In this document: in pieces, positions 27,838-38,569 of the stretch
Layout: each line of letters begins with the position of its first letter
How positions within the stretch are numbered: position 1 is the first letter of the stretch
NCBI GenBank assembly: GCA_965233585.1
Contig: CBDDTI010000747.1
Location: 224,001 to 288,000, forward strand
Reading direction: 5' to 3'
Source: a bacterium
GTDB taxonomy: Bacteria > SAR324 > NAC60-12
Length of the DNA stretch: 64,000 nucleotides
The notes under the pieces: generated by a model
Seen by the model: only the letters and a program-made list of their open reading frames with translations
What the model was told of the DNA's origin: nothing
Databases searched by the model: none
Position numbers and translations under genes: made by a program

Positions 27838-29223
27838 ATGAGCATGGTACATTTTTCATATGCCAAAATTAATGATGATTTGCTGGACATGCTGGAACGT
27901 CCAAAGCCTTCCTATTTTTTGCTGGTTCTTGGATTCTTAGCAGCGTTGATGCTTGGCGTTTTAAGTTTAGCAATTCAAGTGGATGTTGGAATTGGCTACA
28001 GTGGGATTAGTCACCCAATCAACTGGGGTGTTTACATCACAAATTTTGTGTTCTGGATTGGGATTGGTCATGCTGGTACATTGATTTCTGCAGTGTTTTA
28101 TTTAACACGCGCCCCGTGGAGAACTGCGATTTATAGAGGAGCAGAAGCCATGACTGTTTTTGCTGTGATGACTGCTGGTATGTTTCCACTTCTACACACA
28201 GGACGCCCTTGGTTGACATATTGGCTTATTCCATACCCTAATCAACGCATGTTGTGGGTGAACTTTAAGTCTCCTCTTGCATGGGACGTGTTTGCAGTTT
28301 CTACATACATGACAGTGTCCATGCTTTTTTTCTTGCTGGGATTGATTCCAGACCTTGCTATCTTGAGAGATGAAGCCATTTTAAGAGGTAAAAAACTGAA
28401 GGCAGCGCTTTATGCACCTTTGGCTCTTGCATGGCGTGGAACAAATCATCAATGGATTCACTACATGCGTGGCTATCTCATTTTTGCTGCGATTGCGACC
28501 CCTCTGGTGTTTTCTGTTCACTCCATTGTGTCTTGGGACTTTGCCATGTCTTCTGTTCCCGGTTGGCACACTACCATTTTTGCACCCTACTTTGTAGCAG
28601 GAGCTATTTTTTCAGGTATGGCAATGGTGATGACTGTTTTGATTCCTGTCCGTGTTGTTTTTGGGTTGGAACATTACATCACAGACCATGTAGTCCAAAG
28701 TGTCTGCCGCGTGATTGTCTTCACCTCTGTCATTGTAGGATACGCTTACGCAACAGAGTTTTTTATTGCATTTTACAGTGGTTCTACCTTTGAAAGAGCC
28801 ATCTTTTACTTCAGACCTTTTGGCGTGATGGCAGGCTGGACTTTGCTGGGAGAACAAGGCATCGGTTTCCCACAGGTTGCATTTTATTTGATGGTTTTTT
28901 GCAATGTCATTGCCCCAATTCCTTTGTGGCGTTGGAAGGTTCGCAACAATCTGATTGCCGTTTGGATTATCTGCGGTTTGATCAATGTTGGCATGTGGTT
29001 TGAGCGATTTAACATTGTCGGCAGTTCGCTACAACGTGAGTTTCTACCTCATTCTTGGGGTTCTTACTGGCCTACCATCGTAGAATTTGGAATCACTGTT
29101 GGCAGTTTTGGACTCTTTTTTACACTCTTTAGTTTATTTGTCAAGGCATTGCCACCTATGGCGATTATGGAATTGAAAGAGGCGGCACACCCACCAATGA
29201 AAAATAAGGAAGCTCATGAATAA
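27838..29223 (+). CDS. actC: Alternative complex III NrfD/PsrC-like quinol-binding subunit
   Basis: NFVFWIGIGHAGTLISA, HTGRPW, SPLAWDVFAV, SVHSIVSWDFA, GMWFERF. Confidence 0.92.
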   Translation: MSMVHFSYAKINDDLLDMLERPKPSYFLLVLGFLAALMLGVLSLAIQVDVGIGYSGISHPINWGVYITNFVFWIGIGHAGTLISAVFYLTRAPWRTAIYRGAEAMTVFAVMTAGMFPLLHTGRPWLTYWLIPYPNQRMLWVNFKSPLAWDVFAVSTYMTVSMLFFLLGLIPDLAILRDEAILRGKKLKAALYAPLALAWRGTNHQWIHYMRGYLIFAAIATPLVFSVHSIVSWDFAMSSVPGWHTTIFAPYFVAGAIFSGMAMVMTVLIPVRVVFGLEHYITDHVVQSVCRVIVFTSVIVGYAYATEFFIAFYSGSTFERAIFYFRPFGVMAGWTLLGEQGIGFPQVAFYLMVFCNVIAPIPLWRWKVRNNLIAVWIICGLINVGMWFERFNIVGSSLQREFLPHSWGSYWPTIVEFGITVGSFGLFFTLFSLFVKALPPMAIMELKEAAHPPMKNKEAHE

Positions 29224-29731
29224 ATTTATTTGGGCAGTTTTTGAAAATTTAGATGAAACTTGCCAAGCCGTCAAAGAAATTCGTAAAGAAGGGAATACAC
29301 CGACTGTCATTTCTCCATGCCCCAGACATGAGATAGATCACGCTTTGGGTGACCCCCAAAGCAGACTGCCTTTCATCTCTTTGTTTTTCGGAGCGTTGGG
29401 CTGTTTTACGGGTTACAGCTTTGTAGCATGGACAGCAGCTGATTGGGTACTGCCCGTCAGTGGCAAGCCGATTATTACCATTCCTCCTTTTACCATTGTC
29501 GGTTTTGAGTTGACCATCTTATTCACAGCATTGTTCACACTTGCAGGTATGGTGATTTTAGGCATCATTGATTCTGTCAAACACCCATTACCAAAAGGGG
29601 CTAAGTTTTATCCTCGTTTTCAAAGAGACCGCTTTGGTGTCGTCATTTCTTGTGAAGAAAGTAGCGTTCCCAAATTTCAACAGACGCTTGAAAAAAATGG
29701 AGCAGAGGAGGTACATGTTGAAAGTCAATAG
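29216..29731 (+). CDS. actD: Alternative complex III subunit D (DUF3341)
   Basis: Two TMs, VSGKP, FELTILF, DRFGV, GAEEV; position in operon. Confidence 0.88.
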   Translation: MNKFIWAVFENLDETCQAVKEIRKEGNTPTVISPCPRHEIDHALGDPQSRLPFISLFFGALGCFTGYSFVAWTAADWVLPVSGKPIITIPPFTIVGFELTILFTALFTLAGMVILGIIDSVKHPLPKGAKFYPRFQRDRFGVVISCEESSVPKFQQTLEKNGAEEVHVESQ

Positions 29732-30395
29732 TTTGAAATTAGTTTTAATTTTCTGCTCATTTGTAATCTTTTCTGTCAGTTGGGCAGACCCTAAAAATAA
29801 TCCTTACAATGACCCCAACAAAGGGTCAAAAGATGGCAAAGGATATGGATTTAAAGATGATGCTCGCCCTTGGTTTGATGGCAAAGACTACCCCTTTTAC
29901 AGAGACATGTACGATGGTAAAAGCATCAAAGCTCAGGAAGAAGGGACTTATCAGAATTTTCCTACTCAATCTGTCCCTGTCAGTTTTCAGCTTGGAAAGA
30001 TTAAAAAAATCTATGAGCCTCTCGTGCCCATAGCAGAACGTTCAGTCAGTCCTGTCAACCCTCACCCTGCAACCCCAGAGTCTATTGCTAGAGGTCAAGT
30101 TCTATATGAGACCTATTGTGCTGTTTGTCATGGCAAGACAGGGAATGCGGAGTCACCTGTTGCAGAAAAAGCAAAAAAATATAGCTGGATCATTACACCC
30201 ATTTCAGCCTTGCTACCTGTGCTTTCTGAATCTCATCTTTATAATAAAATTCGTTATGGAAGTGCATATAATTTGGGGGATACCTATCAGCTTATACCTA
30301 GAACCATGCCCGCTTATGGAATGCAAACTTCTTCCAAAGATCGTTGGGACATAGTTAATTACATGAAAAGTCAAAGATTTGGAAAAAAGGATTGA
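29715..30395 (+). CDS. actE: Alternative complex III monoheme cytochrome c
   Basis: GGAGG SD + ATG 29715, signal peptide, CAVCH, MPAY, DRWDIVNYM. Confidence 0.85.
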   Translation: MLKVNSLKLVLIFCSFVIFSVSWADPKNNPYNDPNKGSKDGKGYGFKDDARPWFDGKDYPFYRDMYDGKSIKAQEEGTYQNFPTQSVPVSFQLGKIKKIYEPLVPIAERSVSPVNPHPATPESIARGQVLYETYCAVCHGKTGNAESPVAEKAKKYSWIITPISALLPVLSESHLYNKIRYGSAYNLGDTYQLIPRTMPAYGMQTSSKDRWDIVNYMKSQRFGKKD

Positions 30396-30398
30396 TTG

Positions 30399-31676
30399 AT
30401 GAAGTCTATCGTAGAAAAGTCGGGATTTGAAATTAACCCAACATCTAAAACGGTGTTGGTTTCGTTTATGGTTCTTGCAGGAGTTGCCTTCACGGGTAGC
30501 TTAATTTTTGGAGGACAAGAGCTTGTTCGTAGGTCATGGCAGATTTTGTTGATTAACACTGTCTTTTGGGGGGGACTTTCTCAAGCTGGGGTGATTTGGG
30601 CAGTCGCATGGCAAATCACAGATGCCAAATGGGCAAGACCGTTCAAGAGAATAGGAGAGGCATTTGGTGCATTCTTGCCAGTCTCTTTTGTGATGTTTAT
30701 TTTGATCTTTTTTGGCATGAGCATTCTCTATGAGTGGACGCATACGCCTTTCTTCCATCACGGAGTCGCAGTCAAAGTTGGTTGGTTAAACATGCCTTTT
30801 TTTGTGAGTCGTAACATTTTTTGGCTTCTTCTAATGTATGGTGTCTCCTTTTTCTTTTTGTATGCTTCATGGCGTCCTGACTTTGGGTTAGCAAACAAAT
30901 TGACTCCAAATTGGGGGGGCAGTTTTGCCAAAAAATTCCTTAAAAATTACCCCCAAAATCATGAAAATGAAGTCATTAGACTGGAAGCATTGTCTAGGAA
31001 AATTGCCCCAACGCTAGCAATCATCTATGGAATTGGTGGGTCTTTTCTGGCATGGGATTACATTATGACACTGGATCAAGAATGGTTTAGCACCCTTTTT
31101 GGGGTCTTTATCTTAATTGGTAGCATGCAAGCGGCATTGGGAATTATGATTGCGGTGGCTGTGACTATCAGAGACAAATTTCAGTTGCAAGATTACATCA
31201 CCATCAATCGCCTGCATGATTTAGCCAAGTTGATCTTTGCCTTCTCTTTGCTTTGGACTTACATGGCATTTTCACAATATTTAGTCATCTGGTATGCGGA
31301 TTTGGCAGAAGAAACTCCTTTTGTCATCATTCGTTCCACAGAACAACCTTGGCAAACGATGTTTGTGATGCTTTTTGTCTGGTTGTTTGTTTCCGTCTTC
31401 TTGCTGTTACTTCCAAAAACTTTTTGTAGGAATCCAAATTTTATCCGCATCATGGGAGTTTATGTTGCAGTTGGGCAATGGCTTTCAATCTATCTTTTAG
31501 TTGTGCCATCAATTCAGGAATACGGTCATTATCAAATTGATTTTGGTTTGACTGAAATCATTGTGACATTAGGGTTTGTTGGGGCATTTTTCCTTTGCTT
31601 CCTAAATTGTCTCCGAAAACTTCCTCTCCTCCCCATCTCAGACAAGCATCTTTGCAAAACATGGCACGGTCATTGA
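30399..31676 (+). CDS. actF: Alternative complex III membrane subunit F
   Basis: GWLNMPFF, DYIMTLDQEWFSTLFG, HDLAKLIFAF, FSQYLVIWY..AEE. Confidence 0.88.
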   Translation: MKSIVEKSGFEINPTSKTVLVSFMVLAGVAFTGSLIFGGQELVRRSWQILLINTVFWGGLSQAGVIWAVAWQITDAKWARPFKRIGEAFGAFLPVSFVMFILIFFGMSILYEWTHTPFFHHGVAVKVGWLNMPFFVSRNIFWLLLMYGVSFFFLYASWRPDFGLANKLTPNWGGSFAKKFLKNYPQNHENEVIRLEALSRKIAPTLAIIYGIGGSFLAWDYIMTLDQEWFSTLFGVFILIGSMQAALGIMIAVAVTIRDKFQLQDYITINRLHDLAKLIFAFSLLWTYMAFSQYLVIWYADLAEETPFVIIRSTEQPWQTMFVMLFVWLFVSVFLLLLPKTFCRNPNFIRIMGVYVAVGQWLSIYLLVVPSIQEYGHYQIDFGLTEIIVTLGFVGAFFLCFLNCLRKLPLLPISDKHLCKTWHGH

Positions 31677-31802
31677 TGCTTTATCGGTCTTCAATCTCTT
31701 GATTTCTGCCTTCCATTTAATCCCACTGTTATTGTTGGTTTAGAATTTGTCGTGTCTCAGTTAGAATGTGACAGACAAATTTACGGCACTTAATGTAAAA
31801 AT

Positions 31803-31819
31803 CTGGAACTTATTTTGCA
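31803..31819 (+). promoter_or_regulatory. Sigma54 promoter upstream of fliF
   Basis: CTGGAACTTATTTTGCA = GG-N10-GC, about 40 nt before the fliF ATG. Confidence 0.65.
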
Positions 31820-31860
31820 TTGATTTTTGCAATTTCTTTGACCTCAACCAGTTTTAAAAA

Positions 31861-33471
31861 ATGGCAGAAAAAGTAAGCGCGATTCAGGACGTTCGTTCTC
31901 AATTCACCCAGTTTTTCAACTCTTTAAGTTTAGGCAAACGCATTGGTCTGGTTGCTTCATTAGGCACCATCTTTGTTGGAATGCTGATCTTCGTGGTCTT
32001 TGCACGACAAGACACGTGGGCTCCTTTGTACAGCAACCTTGACCCAACAGATGCTGCAAGACTGGTAGAAAAACTCCAAGAGAACCAAATCAACTATATG
32101 CTGGCACCCGGTGGACGTACTGTCATGGTACAGCCAAACAACGTGGATAGAGCTAGATTGATGCTTGCACGTGAGAAAGTTTTGCCCGGTAGTGGGGTTG
32201 GTTTTTTAGATTTGTTCTCAAAGCCAGAGCTAGGCGCCACAGAATTTGACCAACAAGTGAAGTTCCGTGTTGCACAAGAAGGAGAGCTTGCACGGCTCAT
32301 TACACGAATCAACACCATTAAAAGTGCGAGGGTTTCGCTTGCCTTACCAAAGAAAACGATTTTTAAAGACTCACAAGAACAAGCAACGGCATCAGTTTCT
32401 CTTGAAACACATGGTGATTTAGATCGTTCTCAAATTGAAACAGTGATTCATCTGGTTGCCAGTGCCGTAGAGGGATTAAGACCCAATTCTGTCAGAGTCA
32501 CAGACCAGTATGGAAAGTTGCTAAGCAATCAATTTTCAGAAGATGGCGGTTCAGGCAAGATTTCTGAAAATTATGCCTATAAAAGACGTTACGAAAAGGA
32601 GCTTGAGCAAAAATTATTGAATCAGCTTGAACCGATTATTGGAGTAGATCGTGTCAGAGTTTTGGTTTCTGCAGAAATTGATTTTGACAGGCAAAAAATT
32701 CAAGACAATCTTATTGACCCCGACCAATTAGTCACCATCAGTGAGCAGTTAGTCAATGAAAATTCTGTTGGTTCTCGCTCATTGCCAGTTGGTCCTGCAG
32801 GGGTTACTTCTAATTTACCTGAAGCGACAGGAAGGGAAGCCGCTACTGTTTCTGAACATGATAAGAAAAATTCTACACGCAATTTTGAAGTCAGCCGTTC
32901 GCAAGTCATCAAAGAACGTGCAATCGGACAACTCAAAAGGCTCACCGTTTCTGTCTTAGTTGACCATAAACACCCCCCATTACTTGATGATTCAGGCAAC
33001 ATCATCGGTCGTCAAAACGTCCCCTGGACTACATCAGAAAAAGACCAAATTGGAAACCTTGTTAAAGCCGCCATCGGTTTTTCAACAGAGAGAAAAGATG
33101 AGGTGGTTGTAGAAAATATCCCCTTTGGAAAACCTGTTGAAGAAGATGTGCAAGCACAAATTGAAGAGGCAGAAAGGACTCGTGCATTTATTATGAACAT
33201 TGTCCGTTATGTCTTGTTGGGCATTGCCATCTTGCTACTCATCTTGCTTGTCATTAGACCAATGGTTCAAAGATTGAGTGCCAAACCTGCTGACCTTGAT
33301 TTGCTTATGGGACTCCCTGCAACCATTGGAGAACTGGAAGGTGAAGAGTTAGAAATTCCCACAGAACGCGAGGCTGGCATTCCATCACGGGATAAAATTA
33401 TTGAGATTGCAAGGCAGGATGTTCTCAAAACCGCCACCATGGTTCGTGCGTGGCTTCGTGAAAGGAAGTAG
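31861..33471 (+). CDS. fliF: Flagellar MS-ring protein
   Basis: PLYSNL..DAA, GATEFDQQV, EGELAR.I, HLVASAVEGL, GPAGVTSNLP, RLTVSVLVD. Confidence 0.95.
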   Translation: MAEKVSAIQDVRSQFTQFFNSLSLGKRIGLVASLGTIFVGMLIFVVFARQDTWAPLYSNLDPTDAARLVEKLQENQINYMLAPGGRTVMVQPNNVDRARLMLAREKVLPGSGVGFLDLFSKPELGATEFDQQVKFRVAQEGELARLITRINTIKSARVSLALPKKTIFKDSQEQATASVSLETHGDLDRSQIETVIHLVASAVEGLRPNSVRVTDQYGKLLSNQFSEDGGSGKISENYAYKRRYEKELEQKLLNQLEPIIGVDRVRVLVSAEIDFDRQKIQDNLIDPDQLVTISEQLVNENSVGSRSLPVGPAGVTSNLPEATGREAATVSEHDKKNSTRNFEVSRSQVIKERAIGQLKRLTVSVLVDHKHPPLLDDSGNIIGRQNVPWTTSEKDQIGNLVKAAIGFSTERKDEVVVENIPFGKPVEEDVQAQIEEAERTRAFIMNIVRYVLLGIAILLLILLVIRPMVQRLSAKPADLDLLMGLPATIGELEGEELEIPTEREAGIPSRDKIIEIARQDVLKTATMVRAWLRERK

Positions 33472-33477
33472 GATTTT

Positions 33478-34488
33478 ATGCTAGATTCGCTCAATGTTAA
33501 ATCGTTTACCCCTTTAGATTTTTCTGAAGAACAGGTCGTAGAAGAAGAGAAGCCTGACATTTCTCATTTTACATTAGACCAGTTTGACCCCCACCAAGAG
33601 GTCACAGAACATGAAAAAGTGGAGCAACTCATCAAAACGTCGCAAGAGTTTACAAACGAAAAATTTATTCAGCAAGCAGACCTTTTAAGTGATGCAGCGC
33701 TTTATGCTGAAAACATTCGCAAAGGTGGTCAGCTGGAGGTAGAGAAGCTCAAAAAACAAGTGTCCATAGAACTTGAAAATGCTAAAAAAGACAGAGAACA
33801 AGCAGAAAGTATTCTTGAAAAAACCAAGCTGCAATGCGAAGCCATGCTTGAAGACGCAAGGAAAGAAGCAGAAGAAATCAGAAGCATTGCCAAAGAAGAA
33901 GGCTTTATTGAAGGAGAAGAAGCAGGTCGCCTGCAAAGCCACGAAACACTTGAAAAAGAGATTAAAAACTTTGAGAATCTTCTATTGCAATTTTCTCAAC
34001 TCAGGTCAGAAGTTTTGTTTCAAGCAGAAGAAGAATTACTACAACTTGCTATGCTTGTTGTTCGTAAAATCATGTATCAAGAAGTTTCCACTGACCCTGA
34101 AGTCGTTTTAAACATTGTCAAATCTTCTCTCCAAGAAATTGAATCTAAAGGAAGGATTGTTGTCTCCTTGCATCAAGATGATTACCAGTTTATGACACAA
34201 TACCATGACACTCTTGATAAATATCTTAAAGAAGAACAAATGATCGTCTTGCGGGAAGATGTAGATTCACAACCCGGTCAGGTGACCATTGAAACCAATG
34301 AAACTGTGGTTCATTTTGACTTCAAAGACCAGATCAATAGGATAGAAAGTAGCTTGTTCCAAAAACTCTCTCAACGAAAGCAAATGCTTCAAGACACCCT
34401 CGCTAAACAACACCATTCAGAGCAGACTCCTCAAGACACCCCTCAGACAGAAGAATCTTTAGAAACAAATGACAAACCTACTGAGTGA
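33478..34488 (+). CDS. fliH: Flagellar assembly protein FliH
   Basis: Coiled coil with AKEEGFIEG..AG repeats, FliH-like C-terminus, directly before fliI. Confidence 0.85.
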   Translation: MLDSLNVKSFTPLDFSEEQVVEEEKPDISHFTLDQFDPHQEVTEHEKVEQLIKTSQEFTNEKFIQQADLLSDAALYAENIRKGGQLEVEKLKKQVSIELENAKKDREQAESILEKTKLQCEAMLEDARKEAEEIRSIAKEEGFIEGEEAGRLQSHETLEKEIKNFENLLLQFSQLRSEVLFQAEEELLQLAMLVVRKIMYQEVSTDPEVVLNIVKSSLQEIESKGRIVVSLHQDDYQFMTQYHDTLDKYLKEEQMIVLREDVDSQPGQVTIETNETVVHFDFKDQINRIESSLFQKLSQRKQMLQDTLAKQHHSEQTPQDTPQTEESLETNDKPTE

Positions 34489-35782
34489 ATACCACACGGA
34501 AGCCAAGCGGTTCCGTGAAATTCAGGTGCAAGGTAAAATTACCCAGATGGTCGGTCAAATGATTGAAGCATACAATCCCGGTTGTGCCATTGGCAATTTG
34601 TGTAGTATTGTTGACCCCGTTGACAGCACCTCTTTTTTGGCAGAAGTCGTTGGCTTCAAAGAGGATAAGATGCTCCTCACTGCATTAGAAAATGTGCAGG
34701 GCATCAACCCCAAATGCCGTGTCATTCCGCAACACCTGCCCCCTCAAATCTGTGTTGGAGAAGAGCTTTTAGGACGTGTTTTTGACCCTCTCTATCGTCC
34801 CTTGGATCGCGCAGGAGATGTGATTGCTAACTCCAGTGTCCCCATTTACCGAGACCCTCCTAATCCTATGGAACGAGAACGCATTACATCAGCTTTGGAC
34901 GTTGGAATCCGTGCAATCAATTCCTGTTTAACATGTGGCAAAGGACAACGTGTTGGGATTTTGGCAGGGTCTGGGGTCGGTAAATCTGTCTTGATTGGCA
35001 TGATGGCACGTTATACCAGTGCTGATGTCAACGTCATTGCACTCATTGGTGAACGTGGTCGTGAGGTCAGGGATTTTATTGAACGTGACTTGGGCAAAGA
35101 AGGAATGAAAAAGACGATTGTTGTCGTCGCTACTTCTGACCAACCCCCTTTGTTGAGAATGCGAGGAGCATACGTCGCTACTGCCATCTCTGAATATTTT
35201 AGGGAACAAGGCAAAGATGTGCTGTTGGTCATGGACTCATTGACACGATTTGCGATGGCACAACGAGAAATTGGTCTGGCAGCAGGAGAACCTCCAACCA
35301 CCAAAGGCTATCCGCCTTCTGTTTTTGCATCACTACCGGGATTGCTTGAACGGGCAGGAACAGACAATCACGGTGGCTCTATTACAGGATTCTACACAGT
35401 GCTTGCAGAAGGTGATGACTCCAATGACCCGATTGTAGATTCTGTCCGTGCCATTGTAGATGGGCATATTGTGCTCAGTCGGGACATTGCCGCAAAAGGA
35501 CATTATCCTGCCATTGACATTTCTACCTCTGCCAGCCGTGTCATGTCTGATGTCGTCTCTTCTACACACCAAAAATTAGCATTAGCACTGCGAGGGTCTC
35601 TTGCCTCTTACCGAGAAGCAGAAGATTTAATCAACATCGGTGCTTATGTCAGTGGAAGCAATCCTGAAATTGACGACGCTGTTGCCAAACGTCCACAAAT
35701 CCAAAAATTCTTGCAACAAGGAATTGACGAAAAGACAAGCTATGCTGAATCCGTCGCAGGATTACAGCATATTTTTAATTGA
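34469..35782 (+). CDS. fliI: Flagellar export ATPase
   Basis: AGSGVGKS, LIGERGREV, MDSLTRFAMAQREIG, GHYPAID. Confidence 0.95.
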   Translation: MTNLLSEYHTEAKRFREIQVQGKITQMVGQMIEAYNPGCAIGNLCSIVDPVDSTSFLAEVVGFKEDKMLLTALENVQGINPKCRVIPQHLPPQICVGEELLGRVFDPLYRPLDRAGDVIANSSVPIYRDPPNPMERERITSALDVGIRAINSCLTCGKGQRVGILAGSGVGKSVLIGMMARYTSADVNVIALIGERGREVRDFIERDLGKEGMKKTIVVVATSDQPPLLRMRGAYVATAISEYFREQGKDVLLVMDSLTRFAMAQREIGLAAGEPPTTKGYPPSVFASLPGLLERAGTDNHGGSITGFYTVLAEGDDSNDPIVDSVRAIVDGHIVLSRDIAAKGHYPAIDISTSASRVMSDVVSSTHQKLALALRGSLASYREAEDLINIGAYVSGSNPEIDDAVAKRPQIQKFLQQGIDEKTSYAESVAGLQHIFN

Positions 35783-35841
35783 GAATAGGAAGGGTTTGTT
35801 TTGAGGATTTAACACAACTTTTATTGCTTTTTTTGAGAGAG

Positions 35842-36091
35842 TTAGTTTTTTGCTGGGGTGCTATTGTGCCATAATTCATGTTCGCTGATGTCTATTTCCT
35901 CTCCCCACGATACTGCATAACCTCCCCTCAACTTTCACAGACTTGAATAAAACAGGGTTTTTTAATGGTTGAAACATTTCCAGTTTCAGCAAGGGCGTCA
36001 CGTCATATTTTTTAGTCTGCTGATTATCAAATTCAATTTTCAAAGTTCGCTTTCCGATTGCTTCAACCTTCTTGATTTTTGGACAATTCAT
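35842..36091 (-). pseudogene. DUF2442-family protein, frameshifted
   Basis: ..LKIEFDN..KKYDVTPLL..FQPLKNP.LFKSVKVE, then a shift near 35925 continues GGYAVSWGEEIDISEHELW..* (stop 35842-35844). Confidence 0.75.
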
Positions 36092-37806
36092 AACCTAATT
36101 AAATTTTGTAAACGCAAAAATTTAAAAAACTCATCCAAAATTCGTTTGTTACGGTCAATGATTTCACTCTCTCCAAATTGAGGATAAGTTATGGAATTGG
36201 AGAGATTGGATATTTCATGGATTTGGCTTGCCCCCTTACTGTAAATTTCCTGCTTATCTTCAAATCTGTAATCCGATGCTTGAATATTTATACGGCGTTC
36301 AAGCAAAATTTTATTTCCCAATAACTCAAGATTGCTTTCTGCTTTTAGTCCTTTCTCTGACTTTTGACGTTTTTTAGAGTAGATATGCTCTAAATGAAAA
36401 TCTTCATTTAACTTAGGAAGTCCCTGATGTGGAAAGGTAAAAGCATACCAAGTTATTATCGAACGAGTCACAGGTTTTTGATTAGTGAAATCATAACTAT
36501 CAAAAGAAGGGCGGGCTTTGTTGACATCAAATTTGTACTTAGAAAATGTTACTTCAACACCGTTTACAATATTAACCATTTCGTCATATATGGGCGTTCG
36601 TAGTGCGTTAACTCCAGGATTGGTAATAGCATAAGCAAAAGTGAAGGCTGTTATTTTATTCAAAAATTGACAGAATTTTGAATTATCTAATGAGCCATCA
36701 GTATCTCTATTTTCTAAAAAATAGACGGATGTTATATTCTGCCACATACTGTTCGGTGAATAGTGCAGCACAAAAAGTTTCTTGAGAATACTATCACAAA
36801 ATCGGTTTTTATCTTGTACAGCTACACTCTCCCAAAATAAAGCGAGAGCCTTCAATTCATCAATTGTATGAGGCTGATTTAGATACCTATATTTATCTCG
36901 TTCGTAGAATTTTCTCAGGGCTTCTGTTGTTGATCTTTTATTACCTTCTTTTGCACGCAAATAGTACATGTAACGAGCAAATAACTCGTCCATCGGTGTA
37001 TTGTTCTGTTTGAATACTGACTTTGTTACTGCTTCTAACTCTTTCCAATCATTGATAAAATCATCTTTCTTATTTAAAGAATCATAGTACTTGTAGAATT
37101 GGGCTTTGAATATGTCCGCATCTGACAAAGGTAAACCACGATCATTGAGAGTTGAGAAAATACGAAGAGCCGTATCTTGTGATTCGGCTTCAATAGGAAG
37201 AAGAATACAGTTGCCTAGAATACGAGCAGGCAGATGGGCGGAGTAAGATGAAAAACATTGTAAAAAGTCATCAATCTTTTTCTGAAAAAATTGATAGTTT
37301 AGAACATATTGACTTTTACTTCCCTTTTTCACTTTCCCAGTACGAAGTAACTCAAGAAATTCTATTTTGTCATGGTCTGTCGCCACTGCAGAATCTATCT
37401 TGAGTATATCTTTATCGGCATTCTCAAATTCATCTACTTTCCAAATACACTTTTCAATACGAGTACGAATCTTTTGCGAGTTATCGTCCTGCATATTTGC
37501 AAACTTATCATAAAAAGCCCGTAAAATAAGCATGATTGTTGTGAGTCGCTGTTGACCATCAATCACCTCCGACTGACTATCTTCGTTTTTATAGGTGACG
37601 ATAGAGCCAAGGAAATACTCTTCATTTTTATCAAACGCTTCACAATTATCATTAGGAAATGAAAATGCAAAGATGTCATCCCACAGAGTTTGACATTGCT
37701 CTTCATCCCAAGCATAGGGTCGCTGATAGTCAGGTATAAGAAAGTCTGCTTTTTTATCTGATAAGAGATTTTCAATTGTTTTTTGATCTACATTTAGTTT
37801 TGACAT
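36088..37806 (-). CDS. DUF262 + DUF1524 (GmrSD/SspE-like) defence nuclease
   Basis: IPDYQRPYAW, VIDGQQRLTT, FSTLNDRGLPL, C-terminal LEHIYS...LGNKILL...N; AAGGA SD + ATG 37806. Confidence 0.85.
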   Translation of the reverse strand: MSKLNVDQKTIENLLSDKKADFLIPDYQRPYAWDEEQCQTLWDDIFAFSFPNDNCEAFDKNEEYFLGSIVTYKNEDSQSEVIDGQQRLTTIMLILRAFYDKFANMQDDNSQKIRTRIEKCIWKVDEFENADKDILKIDSAVATDHDKIEFLELLRTGKVKKGSKSQYVLNYQFFQKKIDDFLQCFSSYSAHLPARILGNCILLPIEAESQDTALRIFSTLNDRGLPLSDADIFKAQFYKYYDSLNKKDDFINDWKELEAVTKSVFKQNNTPMDELFARYMYYLRAKEGNKRSTTEALRKFYERDKYRYLNQPHTIDELKALALFWESVAVQDKNRFCDSILKKLFVLHYSPNSMWQNITSVYFLENRDTDGSLDNSKFCQFLNKITAFTFAYAITNPGVNALRTPIYDEMVNIVNGVEVTFSKYKFDVNKARPSFDSYDFTNQKPVTRSIITWYAFTFPHQGLPKLNEDFHLEHIYSKKRQKSEKGLKAESNLELLGNKILLERRINIQASDYRFEDKQEIYSKGASQIHEISNLSNSITYPQFGESEIIDRNKRILDEFFKFLRLQNLIRL

Positions 37807-37884
37807 TGTTTTTCCTTGTTTTTGAGAAGTTAACAATCAAAATGAATATCGGACTAAAACCAGTCCGTTGGATTTGTTAGGTTT

Positions 37885-38301
37885 TTATGATTCACTTTTA
37901 TCAATACTTCCATTCTTATTGTCTTTCATTCTGGACTCTTGGTAGTCTCCCCATGAAACTTCTTTAACTATGTTTTTGTAGGTTTTCTTAAAAACCTCAA
38001 ACACCTCAAGAACTTCATCATAGTCTTCTCTAATCATTTGTTCCAATTTGTTTTTATCCAATTCTGGACTTTGACAAAGAAAGTGTAAGTCCCTAATCTT
38101 TTTGTCTCTTGAAGACACGTCTGATGGGTATTTGATGTTATACAAGAACAATATAGCCAAGTATTCTGGGTCTACTAAATTCACTTCAACGCCTTCAACT
38201 TCCATCCTCCTAAAAGAATACCTCACAGCGTTCAATGCTTCATAAGAAGATGCGAACAAAAAGTCAATAGAATTTCCGCTTTTTTCATCCTCTATACTCA
38301 C
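37885..38301 (-). pseudogene. C-terminal remnant of a nucleotidyltransferase-like protein
   Basis: IDFLFA, VEGVEVNLVDPEYLAIL, RDKKIRDL; N-terminal GG/DxD part absent, in-frame stop just upstream. Confidence 0.5.
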
Positions 38302-38569
38302 AATATATTTTTTTATTTTGATACTCCTTTACGACTAAAACCTGACGCTACATTCAAATTGTGAGCAAAGCTTTATCACTAAAGCAAGATACACACAACA
38401 CTCAATCTTGAAAAAGATGCTTTATTATGCTGCTTGATTCACAAAACATTGAAGTTTAGCAATCAACTCTTGAGCCTTTTGATTGTCTAATTGAAGGTTT
38501 TGTTTCTGATGGTTACTTTTCAATTTCCTCTTTCGTCCATTTTTGATTGTGTTTCATATTTTGGTTTAA

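Noticed and set aside
38354..38557. Small broken ORF (MKHNQKWTKEEIEK*...) downstream of hicA
   Set aside because: Too short and interrupted to assign a family
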